A DNA stretch of 41,537 bases from assembly GCA_041674345.1 (NCBI GenBank), contig JBAYVY010000001.1:1-41537 (forward strand), read 5' to 3'. The stretch comes from Phycisphaeraceae bacterium. GTDB lineage: Bacteria > Planctomycetota > Phycisphaerae > Phycisphaerales > Zrk34. The position numbers and the translations under genes were made by a program. The first letter of the stretch is position 1. Every line of letters starts with the position of its first letter. Shown here in pieces: positions 26,275 through 35,027 of this stretch. The notes under the pieces are model-generated. The model worked only from the letters and a program-made list of their open reading frames with translations. It did no database searches and was not told the origin of the DNA.

Positions 26275-26889
26275 ATGATGGAGTCAGCACCCGTGGCCAA
26301 AAAGAAGACCACCCCCCAACGCAAAACCACCCGTCGCGCCCCGGCGCCGGCCTCGAAATCCAAGACGCCCGCCCCCCCAAAGCCGGTCGCCAAGGGCACC
26401 AAGGTCGCCAGGAAACCGACCCCCAAGCCCGCCCCCAAGGCCAAGCCCCCGGTCGTCAGCGACAAACCCGTCAAGATCGGCAAGACCAAAATGTCCAAGC
26501 AGGAGTTGCTCCACTATCGCACGCTGCTGTTGGTCAAACGTGCCGAACTGGTCGGCGATATCGACGGCATGGCCGATTCCGCCCTCCGCGGAAAAGATAC
26601 GTCCAATCTCTCCACCATGCCCCTCCATATGGCCGACGTCGGCTCCGACAACTATGACCAGGACCTCATGCTCGGCCTGATGGAATCCGAACGCAAACTC
26701 CTCCGCGAAATCGACGAGGCCCTGAATCGCATCGCCGACGGAACGTTCGGCATCTGCCAGGCCACCGGCAAACCCATCAACAAAGCCCGCCTCGAAGCCA
26801 AGCCCTGGGCCAAATACTGCATCGAAGCCGCCCGCGAATTCGAACGCAACGGCAACGGCAACGGTAATGGCAATGGCAATGGACGGTGA
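26275..26889 (+). CDS. DksA/TraR-family regulator, DksA2-type (CxxT-x17-CxxA) with K/P-rich N-terminal tail
   Basis: Coiled-coil plus C-terminal GICQATGKPINKARLEAKPWAKYCIEAA, where only 2 of the 4 zinc-finger cysteines remain. Histone-H1-like KP-rich N-terminus. (NG)6 tail. Confidence 0.75.
   Translation: MMESAPVAKKKTTPQRKTTRRAPAPASKSKTPAPPKPVAKGTKVARKPTPKPAPKAKPPVVSDKPVKIGKTKMSKQELLHYRTLLLVKRAELVGDIDGMADSALRGKDTSNLSTMPLHMADVGSDNYDQDLMLGLMESERKLLREIDEALNRIADGTFGICQATGKPINKARLEAKPWAKYCIEAAREFERNGNGNGNGNGNGR
26848..26883 (+). repeat. (AAY GGN)6 microsatellite encoding (NG)6 at the DksA-family C-terminus
   Basis: AACGGCAACGGCAACGGTAATGGCAATGGCAATGGA. Confidence 0.9.
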
Positions 26890-26905
26890 GGCACATCGCA
26901 ATGCC

Positions 26906-27025
26906 TAATGACGAATGTCGAATGACGAAGGAATGACGAAGGAATGACGAAGGAATGACGAATGTCGAATGACGAATGTCCAAACGCGGAGTTCTCATTG
27001 TTTCGTCATTCGTCATTCGTCATTC
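26906..27025. repeat. hairpin element, AATGACG family, copy 4 (asymmetric, with 11-mer tandem)
   Basis: The long left arm includes GAATGACGAAG repeated about 4x (26920-26963). Short right arm TTTCGTCATTCGTCATTCGTCATTC. Confidence 0.85.
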
Positions 27026-27072
27026 TTACTCCGCCGATCGGCAATCCCGGACGATCCCGGTAAGACGCCCTC

Positions 27073-27651
27073 ATGCCTCAATCCCCCCCCACCCCCGACT
27101 CCCCCGACTCACCCGGCTCCCCGCCCCTCTACCGCTTTCCCCGGCGCATCATTTTGCTCCTCGCCCTCGCCGCCGCTCTCCTCGCCGGCGACCTGTTCCT
27201 TAAACAGTGGGCCTTCGCCAACGTCCGCGATATCCGCACCGTCATTCCCAACGTCCTTGATCTCCGTCTGACCCTGAACCGGGGAGCCGTGTTCGGCATC
27301 GGACAGGGCTACGTCTTCGTCTTCGTCATCATCACCTTCATCGCCGTCGCCCTCATCGGCTACGCCCTGCTCGCCAGTCGCCGCCGGCAATCGGTCTTCC
27401 AACTCGCCCTCATGCTCGTCCTCGCCGGCGCGCTGGGCAATCTCCACGACCGCATCATGCTCCATGAGCATGCCGTCCGCGACATGCTCCTCATCTTCCC
27501 CAACTCCCACCTCCCGTTCGGCTGGCACTGGCCCGGCGGACGCACCGAACTCTACCCCTGGATTTTCAACCTCGCCGACGTCTATCTCAACATCGGCATC
27601 GGAACGCTGATCGTCAGATCACTGTTCTTCGCCGGAAGACAGAGGGATTAG
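27073..27651 (+). CDS. lspA: lipoprotein signal peptidase II
   Basis: LTLNRGAVFGIG, GALGNLHDRI and FNLADVYLNIG are LspA signatures. Confidence 0.85.
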   Translation: MPQSPPTPDSPDSPGSPPLYRFPRRIILLLALAAALLAGDLFLKQWAFANVRDIRTVIPNVLDLRLTLNRGAVFGIGQGYVFVFVIITFIAVALIGYALLASRRRQSVFQLALMLVLAGALGNLHDRIMLHEHAVRDMLLIFPNSHLPFGWHWPGGRTELYPWIFNLADVYLNIGIGTLIVRSLFFAGRQRD

Positions 27652-27748
27652 GGCGAGGGGCGAGGGACTGGGGACGAGGGATCGGCGCATCTTCTTCTTC
27701 CCCAGCCCCCAGCCCCCAGCCCCTACAGCCCCTAATCCCTAACCCCTC
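27643..27748. repeat. oligomer-built hairpin element (GGGGAC/GGGCGA vs CCCCAG type)
   Basis: The left arm GAGGGATTAGGGCGAGGGGCGAGGGACTGGGGACGAGGG contains the lspA TAG stop. Right arm CCCCAGCCCCCAGCCCCCAGCCCCTACAGCCCCTAATCCCTAACCCCTC. Confidence 0.7.
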
Positions 27749-27780
27749 TTCCCTCCTTCCCCTCCCCCTATAATTCCCTC

Positions 27781-29157
27781 ATGCCCCCCTTCCCCGAACG
27801 CCTCCAGCAACTGGCCGCCAAGGCGCACGCCCTGCCCAAAGTGCCCGGCGTCTATCTGATGAAAGACGACCGCGGCATCGTCCTCTACGTCGGCAAAGCA
27901 CTCGTCCTCCCCAGCCGCGTCTCATCCTACTTCCAACCGTCCACCTACTTCGCAACCAACACTTCCGCGGGCGGTGCGCTCGGCCCCAAAAAGCAGCCGA
28001 TGCTCGACCTCATCGCCGACTTCGACATCATCCCCTGCGACGGTGAATGGGAAGCGCTCCTCACCGAAAACCGTCTCATCAAAGACCTCCATCCCCGCTT
28101 CAACGCCCGCCTCACCGACGACAAAACCTTCCCCTACCTCGTCATCACCACCCGCGAAGATTTTCCCGGCATCTACATCACACGCGATCTGTCCGATGAA
28201 AACTTCCGGGGGCGGGGACGGGGCGCCAAAATCCTTGGCCCGTTCACCAGCGTGTATGCCCTGCGTCATTCCATCAATCTCCTTCAAAAAGTTTTTCGCT
28301 TCCGTACCTGTGAATTGGAAATCGACGCCGACGATCCGAAACTGCGATTCTTCCGCCCCTGCATTCTTCACGCCATCAAACGATGCTCCGCCCCCTGCGC
28401 CGCCCGCATCGACAAAGCCGCCTACCGCGCCGACATCGACCGTTTCATACGGTTCATCGAATCCAAACGATCCGTCATGCTTCGTCAGATGCGGGATGAG
28501 ATGGCCGACGCCTCGAAGCAACTTCAATTTGAAAAAGCAGCCGCGTTGCGCGATCAGATTCACGCCATCGAACAACTGGATCAGCGGGGCAAACGCTCGG
28601 CCAACTGGCAACCCGAAACCGAAGCCGCCTACGTGGACCCCCGCAAGGGTTTGGCCGCGATAGCGAAAGCGCTCGGCGTGGATCGCCAGCTCCGTTCCAT
28701 CGAATGTTTCGACATCGCCCATTTGCAGGGCGAGCAGACCGTCGCCTCGAAAGTCTGCTTCATGGACGGCCGGCCCATGAAAAACGCCTACCGACGCTAT
28801 CGCATCACCACCGCCGCCAACGATGATTTCGCCTCCATGCGCGAAGCCGTCAGCCGCGCTTATCGTGACGCCGGCGCCGGCACCGGCGTGTACCCCGACC
28901 TGATCCTCATCGACGGCGGCCCCGCGCAGCTCTCCGCCGCGATCCAATCCATCGCAGACTATGCCCATCAACCCCCGCTCATCATTGCCCTGGCCAAAAA
29001 AAAAGAAGAAATCCACCGCCCCGGCGACCCGATCCCCCTGAAACTTTCCCGCCACAACCTCGGCCTCAAACTCATCCAGTCCGTCCGTGACGAAGCCCAC
29101 CGCTTCGCCCAACACTACCACCACCTGTTACGCAAAAAGAAAACCCTCGATCAATAA
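27781..29157 (+). CDS. uvrC: excinuclease ABC subunit C, lacking the C-terminal (HhH)2 domain
   Basis: GIY-YIG (VPGVYLMKDDRGIVLYVGKA), UVR motif (LQFEKAAALRDQIHAIEQL) and RNase-H-like endonuclease domain (IECFDIAHLQG, LILIDGGPAQL, VRDEAHRFA). Ends about 20 aa after DEAHRF. Confidence 0.85.
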   Translation: MPPFPERLQQLAAKAHALPKVPGVYLMKDDRGIVLYVGKALVLPSRVSSYFQPSTYFATNTSAGGALGPKKQPMLDLIADFDIIPCDGEWEALLTENRLIKDLHPRFNARLTDDKTFPYLVITTREDFPGIYITRDLSDENFRGRGRGAKILGPFTSVYALRHSINLLQKVFRFRTCELEIDADDPKLRFFRPCILHAIKRCSAPCAARIDKAAYRADIDRFIRFIESKRSVMLRQMRDEMADASKQLQFEKAAALRDQIHAIEQLDQRGKRSANWQPETEAAYVDPRKGLAAIAKALGVDRQLRSIECFDIAHLQGEQTVASKVCFMDGRPMKNAYRRYRITTAANDDFASMREAVSRAYRDAGAGTGVYPDLILIDGGPAQLSAAIQSIADYAHQPPLIIALAKKKEEIHRPGDPIPLKLSRHNLGLKLIQSVRDEAHRFAQHYHHLLRKKKTLDQ

Positions 29158-29423
29158 CCCCAAGCCACCGGGATGCGCGATGTGAAGACGCCGGATCGAC
29201 CGAAGACGATTGTTTCAGGAAGGACAAGCCCCCCAGGACCGCCCCCCCGCCAACGAACACAGGGACGCCCCTTGAGAAGCAACCCCCCGCCGCGTCTAGG
29301 GGGGACACGCCTTGACTTCTCGCTTCATATAGGTGCAGCCCGCGACGGATGATTGTAATTTTTTATCCTGTTATTCGCGATTTCATGTCACGTGTGCTTG
29401 TGCCGCGATGACGGGCGGCGTCG

Positions 29424-29460
29424 CAATAAAAGACGCCGAACCTTGGAGGGCTTCGGCGTC
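29424..29460 (-). terminator. intrinsic terminator downstream of the cytochrome operon
   Basis: The minus strand reads GACGCCGAA-gccctccaagg-TTCGGCGTC followed by TTTTATT, 48 nt after the stop of the last operon gene. Confidence 0.65.
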
Positions 29461-29507
29461 AATTGCCCCGCTATCGAACGGGGCAGGTCTGGCGTGAAAT
29501 GAAAATG

Positions 29508-30506
29508 TTACGGCTGCGCGGGGGCGGGAACCGCCAGCGTCCGGCCCGACACGCTGGTCTCGAACGCCAGGCGAAACGACTCGGCCGCGTGTTCCCAATC
29601 CTTGTCGTGCTGATACACCAGCCCCAGCGCGTAATGCACCTCAGCCGGTTCGGGGTTCAGCGCCAGCGCTTCGCTCAATAACTGTTTCGCGTCGCCCCAC
29701 TGACTCAACGCGACCATCGCCCGGCCCTTCAATGCATTGACGCGCCAACCCGCCACTGTTTTTTCGTCCACGTTTCGCAGTGTTTTCATCGCTTCCGCCG
29801 GCCGGCCGACGGCGATGTCCAGCCGCGCCATCGCCAACAGCAGCAATGCGGATCGGGGTTCTTTCTCCAGCCCCTTGGTGATCTCGGTACGGGCTTCGCC
29901 GTAATCGCCTTTCTCCATCAATCGCTGCGCCAGTTGGAGGTGGCGATTGGCGATGTCGCCGTCGGTGCTGCCGACGACGCCGCGGTCGGCCAGTCGTTGT
30001 CTGAGCGTCGCCTCGTCGATTTTGCCGGATGCGAAGTCGATGTAAGCCGCCATGTCTTTGCTGTACGACGCGGGACATCCGCCGATGTGCGCGATGAGTT
30101 TGCCGTCACCGGCGATCACCAGCGTGGTCGGCCAGACGCGCACAAGCATCCGACCCGACGCGTCGTATTTCGGATCGACGACCATCGGCAGCGTCCACCG
30201 GGTCTGTTCAACCAGCGTCGGTGCGAACGCCCCCGCCTGTTCGCCGCTGATGATCGCGGCGATCCGCGCATCGCTCCGACCGGCCAGTACCTGTTGCGCG
30301 TAACCCATCGCGTGTTTGCTGTGGTCCTGGTCGGCCATGACGAACAACAGCACCGTGACGCGACCGGCGAGGGGCACGGCGAACGGTTGGCCGGTGGTAT
30401 CCTGCGCGGCCCAGGTGATCGTTTTCGGCGCAAGTTCCTGCGCGATGAGCGAGCATGTCAGGCCGAGCGTCAGCAGCATGGATGCGAGAAATGTACGGCA
30501 AATCAT
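29508..30506 (-). CDS. periplasmic thioredoxin-fold (no CXXC) + TPR protein
   Basis: Signal peptide. TlpA/redoxin-like fold with VLLFVMADQDHSK where WCxxC is expected. C-terminal TPR repeats (GDYGEARTEITKGLEKEP..., ALGLVYQHDKDWEHAAESF). The start overlaps the upstream stop (ATGA). Confidence 0.7.
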   Translation of the reverse strand: MICRTFLASMLLTLGLTCSLIAQELAPKTITWAAQDTTGQPFAVPLAGRVTVLLFVMADQDHSKHAMGYAQQVLAGRSDARIAAIISGEQAGAFAPTLVEQTRWTLPMVVDPKYDASGRMLVRVWPTTLVIAGDGKLIAHIGGCPASYSKDMAAYIDFASGKIDEATLRQRLADRGVVGSTDGDIANRHLQLAQRLMEKGDYGEARTEITKGLEKEPRSALLLLAMARLDIAVGRPAEAMKTLRNVDEKTVAGWRVNALKGRAMVALSQWGDAKQLLSEALALNPEPAEVHYALGLVYQHDKDWEHAAESFRLAFETSVSGRTLAVPAPAQP

Positions 30507-32002
30507 GGCTTGGGTACCTCCGTGGAAGAAGGAGCGGGCGCTGGGGCGGCAGCCGCATCTGGTTTCGTTTCGCGGGCCGGGGCTGATTCCGGGGGCGGGG
30601 GGGCGTTGTAATCAACGGGGTGATCGCGGTCGTAATTCAGCGGCTTGTGGCAGCCGGGCGAGCAGCTTCCGCCGGTCTTGACGGGCGTGTAGCTGATCGG
30701 CAGCGTCCAATTGCCGTAAGGCACCGATTCGCGGATGTGCATCGACTGCGTGCTGGCGTGGGTACTGTGACAAGCGCGGCAGGTTCGGCCCCGTGATTCC
30801 TTCTCAACATGCACATAATGAAGGTTCCGCGAGCCGTTGCGGAAACCGGTGAGTGAACGGGTGTCTTTTTGCGTCGCCAGGTCTTTGCTGTGACAGGTGA
30901 AGCACAGGCCGTAGTCATCGACCTTGAACGATGCGTAGAACTGTTCGGGGTAGGGCTTGGCCAGCAGGCGTGACACGTCCGAGCCGTGGACGTTGTGACA
31001 TCCGCCGCAACCGCCTTCTTTCAACGGGCCGTGCAGGTACATGCCCGGCTGGGTGATCTCCGCCGCCGAATGCACGACTTTGCCGCCGGACTGCGTGATG
31101 TCCTTGTCGTGGCACTTCATGCAAATGGTGATCGGCTGATCTTTCAGCAGTTTCGACAGGTTGCCGCCGTGCGCCGTGTGACAGTTGACGCAGGCCCGCC
31201 CCTCGGTCACGGCCGAGTGCTTGTATTTCGCATCGAACGCGGCTTTGCCGATGTCCTTGTGGCAACGGGTGCAAAGCTGAAGCGGTGCCGCCTTCAACAC
31301 CGGCGCGTTGTCGCCGGCGTGCGGATCGTGGCATTGGATGCAGTCGCCGTCCGTCACCGGCTTGTGCGCGAATTGAACATGCTTGAGCTGGTCGCCCATT
31401 TCCGTGTGGCAGGTGAGACACAACTGGTTCGCGGGTTTGACCAGCAGGTGATCGTTGGCCGACAGATGCGGCTGGTGGCACGCGCCGCATGCGCCGGCGG
31501 CCACCGGACCGTGTATCGACTTGTGATCTTTGGTCATGTCCTGGTGGCACGTCTTGCAAAGATCGCCCATCGACTTGGCGCGAAGCAGATTCCGGTCGAA
31601 CCCGCCGTGCGGGTCGTGGCAACTCTGACACTGCCCGGCGGCCAGCGGCTTATGCACGACCTTCGCCCCGGAGGTATCCATCTGATGACAGAACGCGCAA
31701 AGTTTGTCGGGGCTGCGCAACAGCGTGAACTTGTGCGTCTTGGCGTCGGTGAGCGTGTGGCAGGCGTCGCAGGCGTTGACGTTCACCGGGCCGTGTACCT
31801 GCGGATGTTTTTTCACACCCGCGTGGCAATCGGCGGTGACGCAGTCCTTCATGGCCACCACGGTGGTCGGTTTTGTCACGGCGGATGCGATGGGAACTGC
31901 GGGAACCGCGGGTCGGGCGGCGGGCGCGGCATCGCCGGCGAACGCCGGCGATCCGATCGCCGCGAGCATCGCAATGGACAGCAACATCACATATCGTTTC
32001 AT
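30503..32002 (-). CDS. periplasmic multiheme cytochrome c (13 CXXCH + CX4CH + CX3CH)
   Basis: Signal peptide MKRYVMLLSIAMLAAIGSPAFA. Paired CXXCH ... H-x-P ... CXXCH-x-PH spacing, as in Geobacter-type doubled-CXXCH cytochromes. Paralog of the upstream gene. Confidence 0.9.
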   Translation of the reverse strand: MKRYVMLLSIAMLAAIGSPAFAGDAAPAARPAVPAVPIASAVTKPTTVVAMKDCVTADCHAGVKKHPQVHGPVNVNACDACHTLTDAKTHKFTLLRSPDKLCAFCHQMDTSGAKVVHKPLAAGQCQSCHDPHGGFDRNLLRAKSMGDLCKTCHQDMTKDHKSIHGPVAAGACGACHQPHLSANDHLLVKPANQLCLTCHTEMGDQLKHVQFAHKPVTDGDCIQCHDPHAGDNAPVLKAAPLQLCTRCHKDIGKAAFDAKYKHSAVTEGRACVNCHTAHGGNLSKLLKDQPITICMKCHDKDITQSGGKVVHSAAEITQPGMYLHGPLKEGGCGGCHNVHGSDVSRLLAKPYPEQFYASFKVDDYGLCFTCHSKDLATQKDTRSLTGFRNGSRNLHYVHVEKESRGRTCRACHSTHASTQSMHIRESVPYGNWTLPISYTPVKTGGSCSPGCHKPLNYDRDHPVDYNAPPPPESAPARETKPDAAAAPAPAPSSTEVPKP

Positions 32003-33510
32003 GGTGTACCCGCTTTCGGCACAGGGTTCAAATCGCGCTTGTACGTTTTGGGTTCATGGCAGCCGGGCGAGCAACTGCCGCCGCCGGATGCTTTTTGGAA
32101 CTTGATCGGCATGGCCCACTGGCCGCCCTCGAACGGCACGCTGGTGGCGATGTGGTTCGGCAGATCGCTGCCATGAATGTCGTGACAGGTCTTGCAGGTT
32201 CGGCCTTTCTCCGCCCGATGCACATGCACGTAATGAAGGTTCGCGTCCCCGTTGCGGAAGCCCGTGAGATTGACGGTTTTTTCTTCAAGCACCAAATCTT
32301 TGTTGTGACAGGTGAAGCAGAGCGCGTAATTTTGAAGATCGAATTTCGCGTAAAAAGTTTTGGGGAAGGTTTGGACGAGCAATCGTTCGTGGCCGGCGCC
32401 GTGGACGTTGTGGCAGGCGGTGCAGTCGCCGGACCGCACCGGGCCGTGAAGGAACTTTTGATTCAGCGTGGGGCGCATGTCGGGAATGGTGTGGCCGTCG
32501 TGCGCCGGCAGCGGTTTGTCGTGGCAGGTCATGCAGAGTTTGTCGGCCCGCTGCTTCAGCAGGTGCGGCTGAGGCGAGGCGTGGGCGTCGTGACAGTTGG
32601 CGCAACCATCGGCGATCACCAGCGCATCGTGCGAAACAGTCGCGTTTTCAACGGTCTTCGCCATGTCCTCGTGACACGACAGACAGGTGGCGTCGATGGG
32701 CTTGCGAAGTTCATATGGATTGTCGGAAGTGTGCGGATCGTGACAAGTGGTGCATTGATCTTTGGCCGGGGCGTGGACGAAGGGTGAATCGGCGATGGCC
32801 CGTTGTTTGTCGGCATGGCAGCCGAAGCAGACCTTGGGTTCATCGCCGCCGCGCAACAGTTTGTTGAAATTGGATTCGTGGGGCTGATGGCAGAGCGTGC
32901 ATTGCCCGGCTTTGAACGGCTGGTGGGCGTGTTTCCGCCAGGGGATGTCGTGGCACTTGGCGCAGAGTTGTTCGGTGTTGTCAGCGGTGAGCAGGAACTT
33001 GGCGCGCGAGGCGTGGGGATTGTGACAGGTGGTGCAGCCGTTGTCGGCGACGGCTTTGTGCTGGTGCGCGGCGGTGTCGGTGACGGTGTGACAATACGTG
33101 CAGGTGGCATCTTTTTCGCGTTTGAGCGGATAAGTGTGTCCGCCCTGGTCTTCTTTGTGACAGGCGAAGCAATTTTTCAGCGCGACCGGGCCGTGGATGC
33201 GCGAGGCGGTTGCGAAGGAAGCGTGACAGGCGGGAGTGACGCAGGAAGCGTCGGCGGGCAGGGGGCCGGTGGGCTTGGGGTCGGGCGCGACGGGGACGGG
33301 CGCGATCGGGCCGGACCCGCCCCCGGAAGTGAAGCGGGTCACGCCGGGAGAAGTGAGCGGAAAACTTTCGGTGGACGCGGCGGGCGCGGCGCCCCTGGTC
33401 GGCTCGACGGGCTTGGGTTTGCGACCGCAAGCGATCAGCGCGACGCACAGGCACAACAGCAGCGACGGCGCGATGAAACGGAGCGCGGGATGTGCGGGGC
33501 GCGGGGTCAT
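31999..33510 (-). CDS. multiheme cytochrome c lipoprotein (13 CXXCH + CX4CH + CX3CH)
   Basis: Track ORF 31999..34107 trimmed to the ATG at 33510. That start overlaps the upstream stop (ATGA) and gives lipoprotein signal LLLCLCVALIAC. The longer N-terminus is an R-rich shadow. Confidence 0.88.
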   Translation of the reverse strand: MTPRPAHPALRFIAPSLLLCLCVALIACGRKPKPVEPTRGAAPAASTESFPLTSPGVTRFTSGGGSGPIAPVPVAPDPKPTGPLPADASCVTPACHASFATASRIHGPVALKNCFACHKEDQGGHTYPLKREKDATCTYCHTVTDTAAHQHKAVADNGCTTCHNPHASRAKFLLTADNTEQLCAKCHDIPWRKHAHQPFKAGQCTLCHQPHESNFNKLLRGGDEPKVCFGCHADKQRAIADSPFVHAPAKDQCTTCHDPHTSDNPYELRKPIDATCLSCHEDMAKTVENATVSHDALVIADGCANCHDAHASPQPHLLKQRADKLCMTCHDKPLPAHDGHTIPDMRPTLNQKFLHGPVRSGDCTACHNVHGAGHERLLVQTFPKTFYAKFDLQNYALCFTCHNKDLVLEEKTVNLTGFRNGDANLHYVHVHRAEKGRTCKTCHDIHGSDLPNHIATSVPFEGGQWAMPIKFQKASGGGSCSPGCHEPKTYKRDLNPVPKAGTP

Positions 33511-35018
33511 GGGGTGGTTTGCGTGACGATCTTTTCGCAGTTGTCGATGGCGACGTGCAGCAGGGCGGTGGCGTAGGTCATGTTGTGAACGCCGCGACCG
33601 ATGCGGACCAGTTCGATGTTGTGCCGGGCGTCGTCGAACAGTTGTCGCAGTTGCAGTTGTTTGGGCGCGGGCAGGGCGTCGATGTGCTTGAGCGACTCGG
33701 CGGCCCGTTTCGCGGCGGCCTGCGCGTCGGCGAGGTCTTTGTCGATGGCGACTTTCCACTCGGCGAGTTTGTCGTTGTATTGTTCGCCGTGGCACTTGGT
33801 ACACGCGGCCTGCGCGGCGCGGAAGGTCTGGCCGGACACCAGCGCGATGTCGCCGGCGTGTTCGGGGAAATCGTGACAGGCGATGCAATCGACCTGCGTG
33901 CGGAACATGACGCTGGGCGAATCGCTCACGCCGCGCCCGCCGGTGCCGCGATACAGATCGAGCGAACCGCTGTGCAGTTGTTCGTGGCATTGGGCGCAGG
34001 AGCCGGCCTGCATGACGACCTGGTTGGCGTTGCCGATGACGCGCTCGGCTCCGGCGGGCGCGCCGGCGGTCAAGCTGTGCGTGATCTGAATGTGGCAACT
34101 GGAACATTCGACCTTGTGTTCGTTGACGTGGGCTTGGTGCATGAAGCTAGTTTCGCTGTACCGGGCGATCTGGACCGGCTGATTGTGACAGGTCCAGCAG
34201 CCCTGCCTGGGGACCGCGCCGTCACCGCTGATCGCGTCGGAGTGGCAGTTCTGGCACGTCACGCCGCGGTTGATGAAATCGGCGTGGTTGAACAACCCGG
34301 TGCTCAGACGAATCTTCTCTTTGGGCGCATCGTGGCACGCGCGGCAGCCGCCGAGCGTCTGATCGTCGCGTCCGTGCTTGAAGCCCTTGAAGTGGCAGAG
34401 GAAGCAGGTGTCGAGCGTGACGACGATGTGCTGGCCCTGCACGATTTGCGAGTGGCATGAGACGCAGCGGAGTTGTTTGCCGCGGCGGTCCTGTGTGAGG
34501 TGGGGCGTGTGATCGAAGCGGATGGTGATGGTGTCGCCTCGTGAACTTTTGACATCCCAGTTGACCTTGCCTTCGAGCAGGCGGCGTTCGTGGCAGCCGT
34601 CACGCATGCAGGCGGCGTCATGGACCTCGGCGTGGGGCTTGGAGCCGTAGGTGTGGGTGATGTATTTGACGGCCTGACTGGAGGCCTGGAACTTTCCGTA
34701 GAGGGTGTTGCCGACGCCGGGGTCGAAGTGACATTTGACGCAGGGCACGTCTTTGTGGTTGGAGGTGTGCCAGGCCTGGTAGTAGGGTTCCATGATGTGG
34801 CAGGAACGGCAGAAGTCGGGCTGCATGGAATACTCGGCGAAGCCGATGGAGCCGATGACGCCGAACACCGCGCCGAACAGCACCATGCCCCACAACGTCA
34901 GGCCCAGAGGGATGCGTTTGCCGTGCCTGCGGCGGATGCCGAGTACGCGCTGCCACTTGGGGCGTTGTGACGCCGCGGGGGGCGGGGATGCGGTCGGTTG
35001 ATTTTCCTGCGGCTCCAT
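33507..35018 (-). CDS. membrane-anchored NapC/NirT/NrfH-type multiheme cytochrome c (11 CXXCH + CX4CH)
   Basis: N-terminal TM helix LTLWGMVLFGAVFGVIGSIGF, followed by CRSCHIMEPYYQAWHTSNHKDVPCVKCH, the NapC/NirT signature. Further hemes and a C-terminal helical region. Confidence 0.85.
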   Translation of the reverse strand: MEPQENQPTASPPPAASQRPKWQRVLGIRRRHGKRIPLGLTLWGMVLFGAVFGVIGSIGFAEYSMQPDFCRSCHIMEPYYQAWHTSNHKDVPCVKCHFDPGVGNTLYGKFQASSQAVKYITHTYGSKPHAEVHDAACMRDGCHERRLLEGKVNWDVKSSRGDTITIRFDHTPHLTQDRRGKQLRCVSCHSQIVQGQHIVVTLDTCFLCHFKGFKHGRDDQTLGGCRACHDAPKEKIRLSTGLFNHADFINRGVTCQNCHSDAISGDGAVPRQGCWTCHNQPVQIARYSETSFMHQAHVNEHKVECSSCHIQITHSLTAGAPAGAERVIGNANQVVMQAGSCAQCHEQLHSGSLDLYRGTGGRGVSDSPSVMFRTQVDCIACHDFPEHAGDIALVSGQTFRAAQAACTKCHGEQYNDKLAEWKVAIDKDLADAQAAAKRAAESLKHIDALPAPKQLQLRQLFDDARHNIELVRIGRGVHNMTYATALLHVAIDNCEKIVTQTTP

Positions 35019-35027
35019 GATCGGCTC

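Noticed and set aside
26906-26990. Tandem GAATGACGAAG units considered as a possible CRISPR array
   Set aside because: The units are only 11 nt long and directly abutting, with no spacers. They form one arm of an inverted repeat, and no cas genes are present.
33511-34107. N-terminal 199-codon extension of track ORF 31999-34107
   Set aside because: The extension is arginine-rich and overlaps the NapC/NirT-type gene in another frame. The ATG at 33510 gives a lipoprotein signal peptide and an ATGA overlap with the upstream stop.
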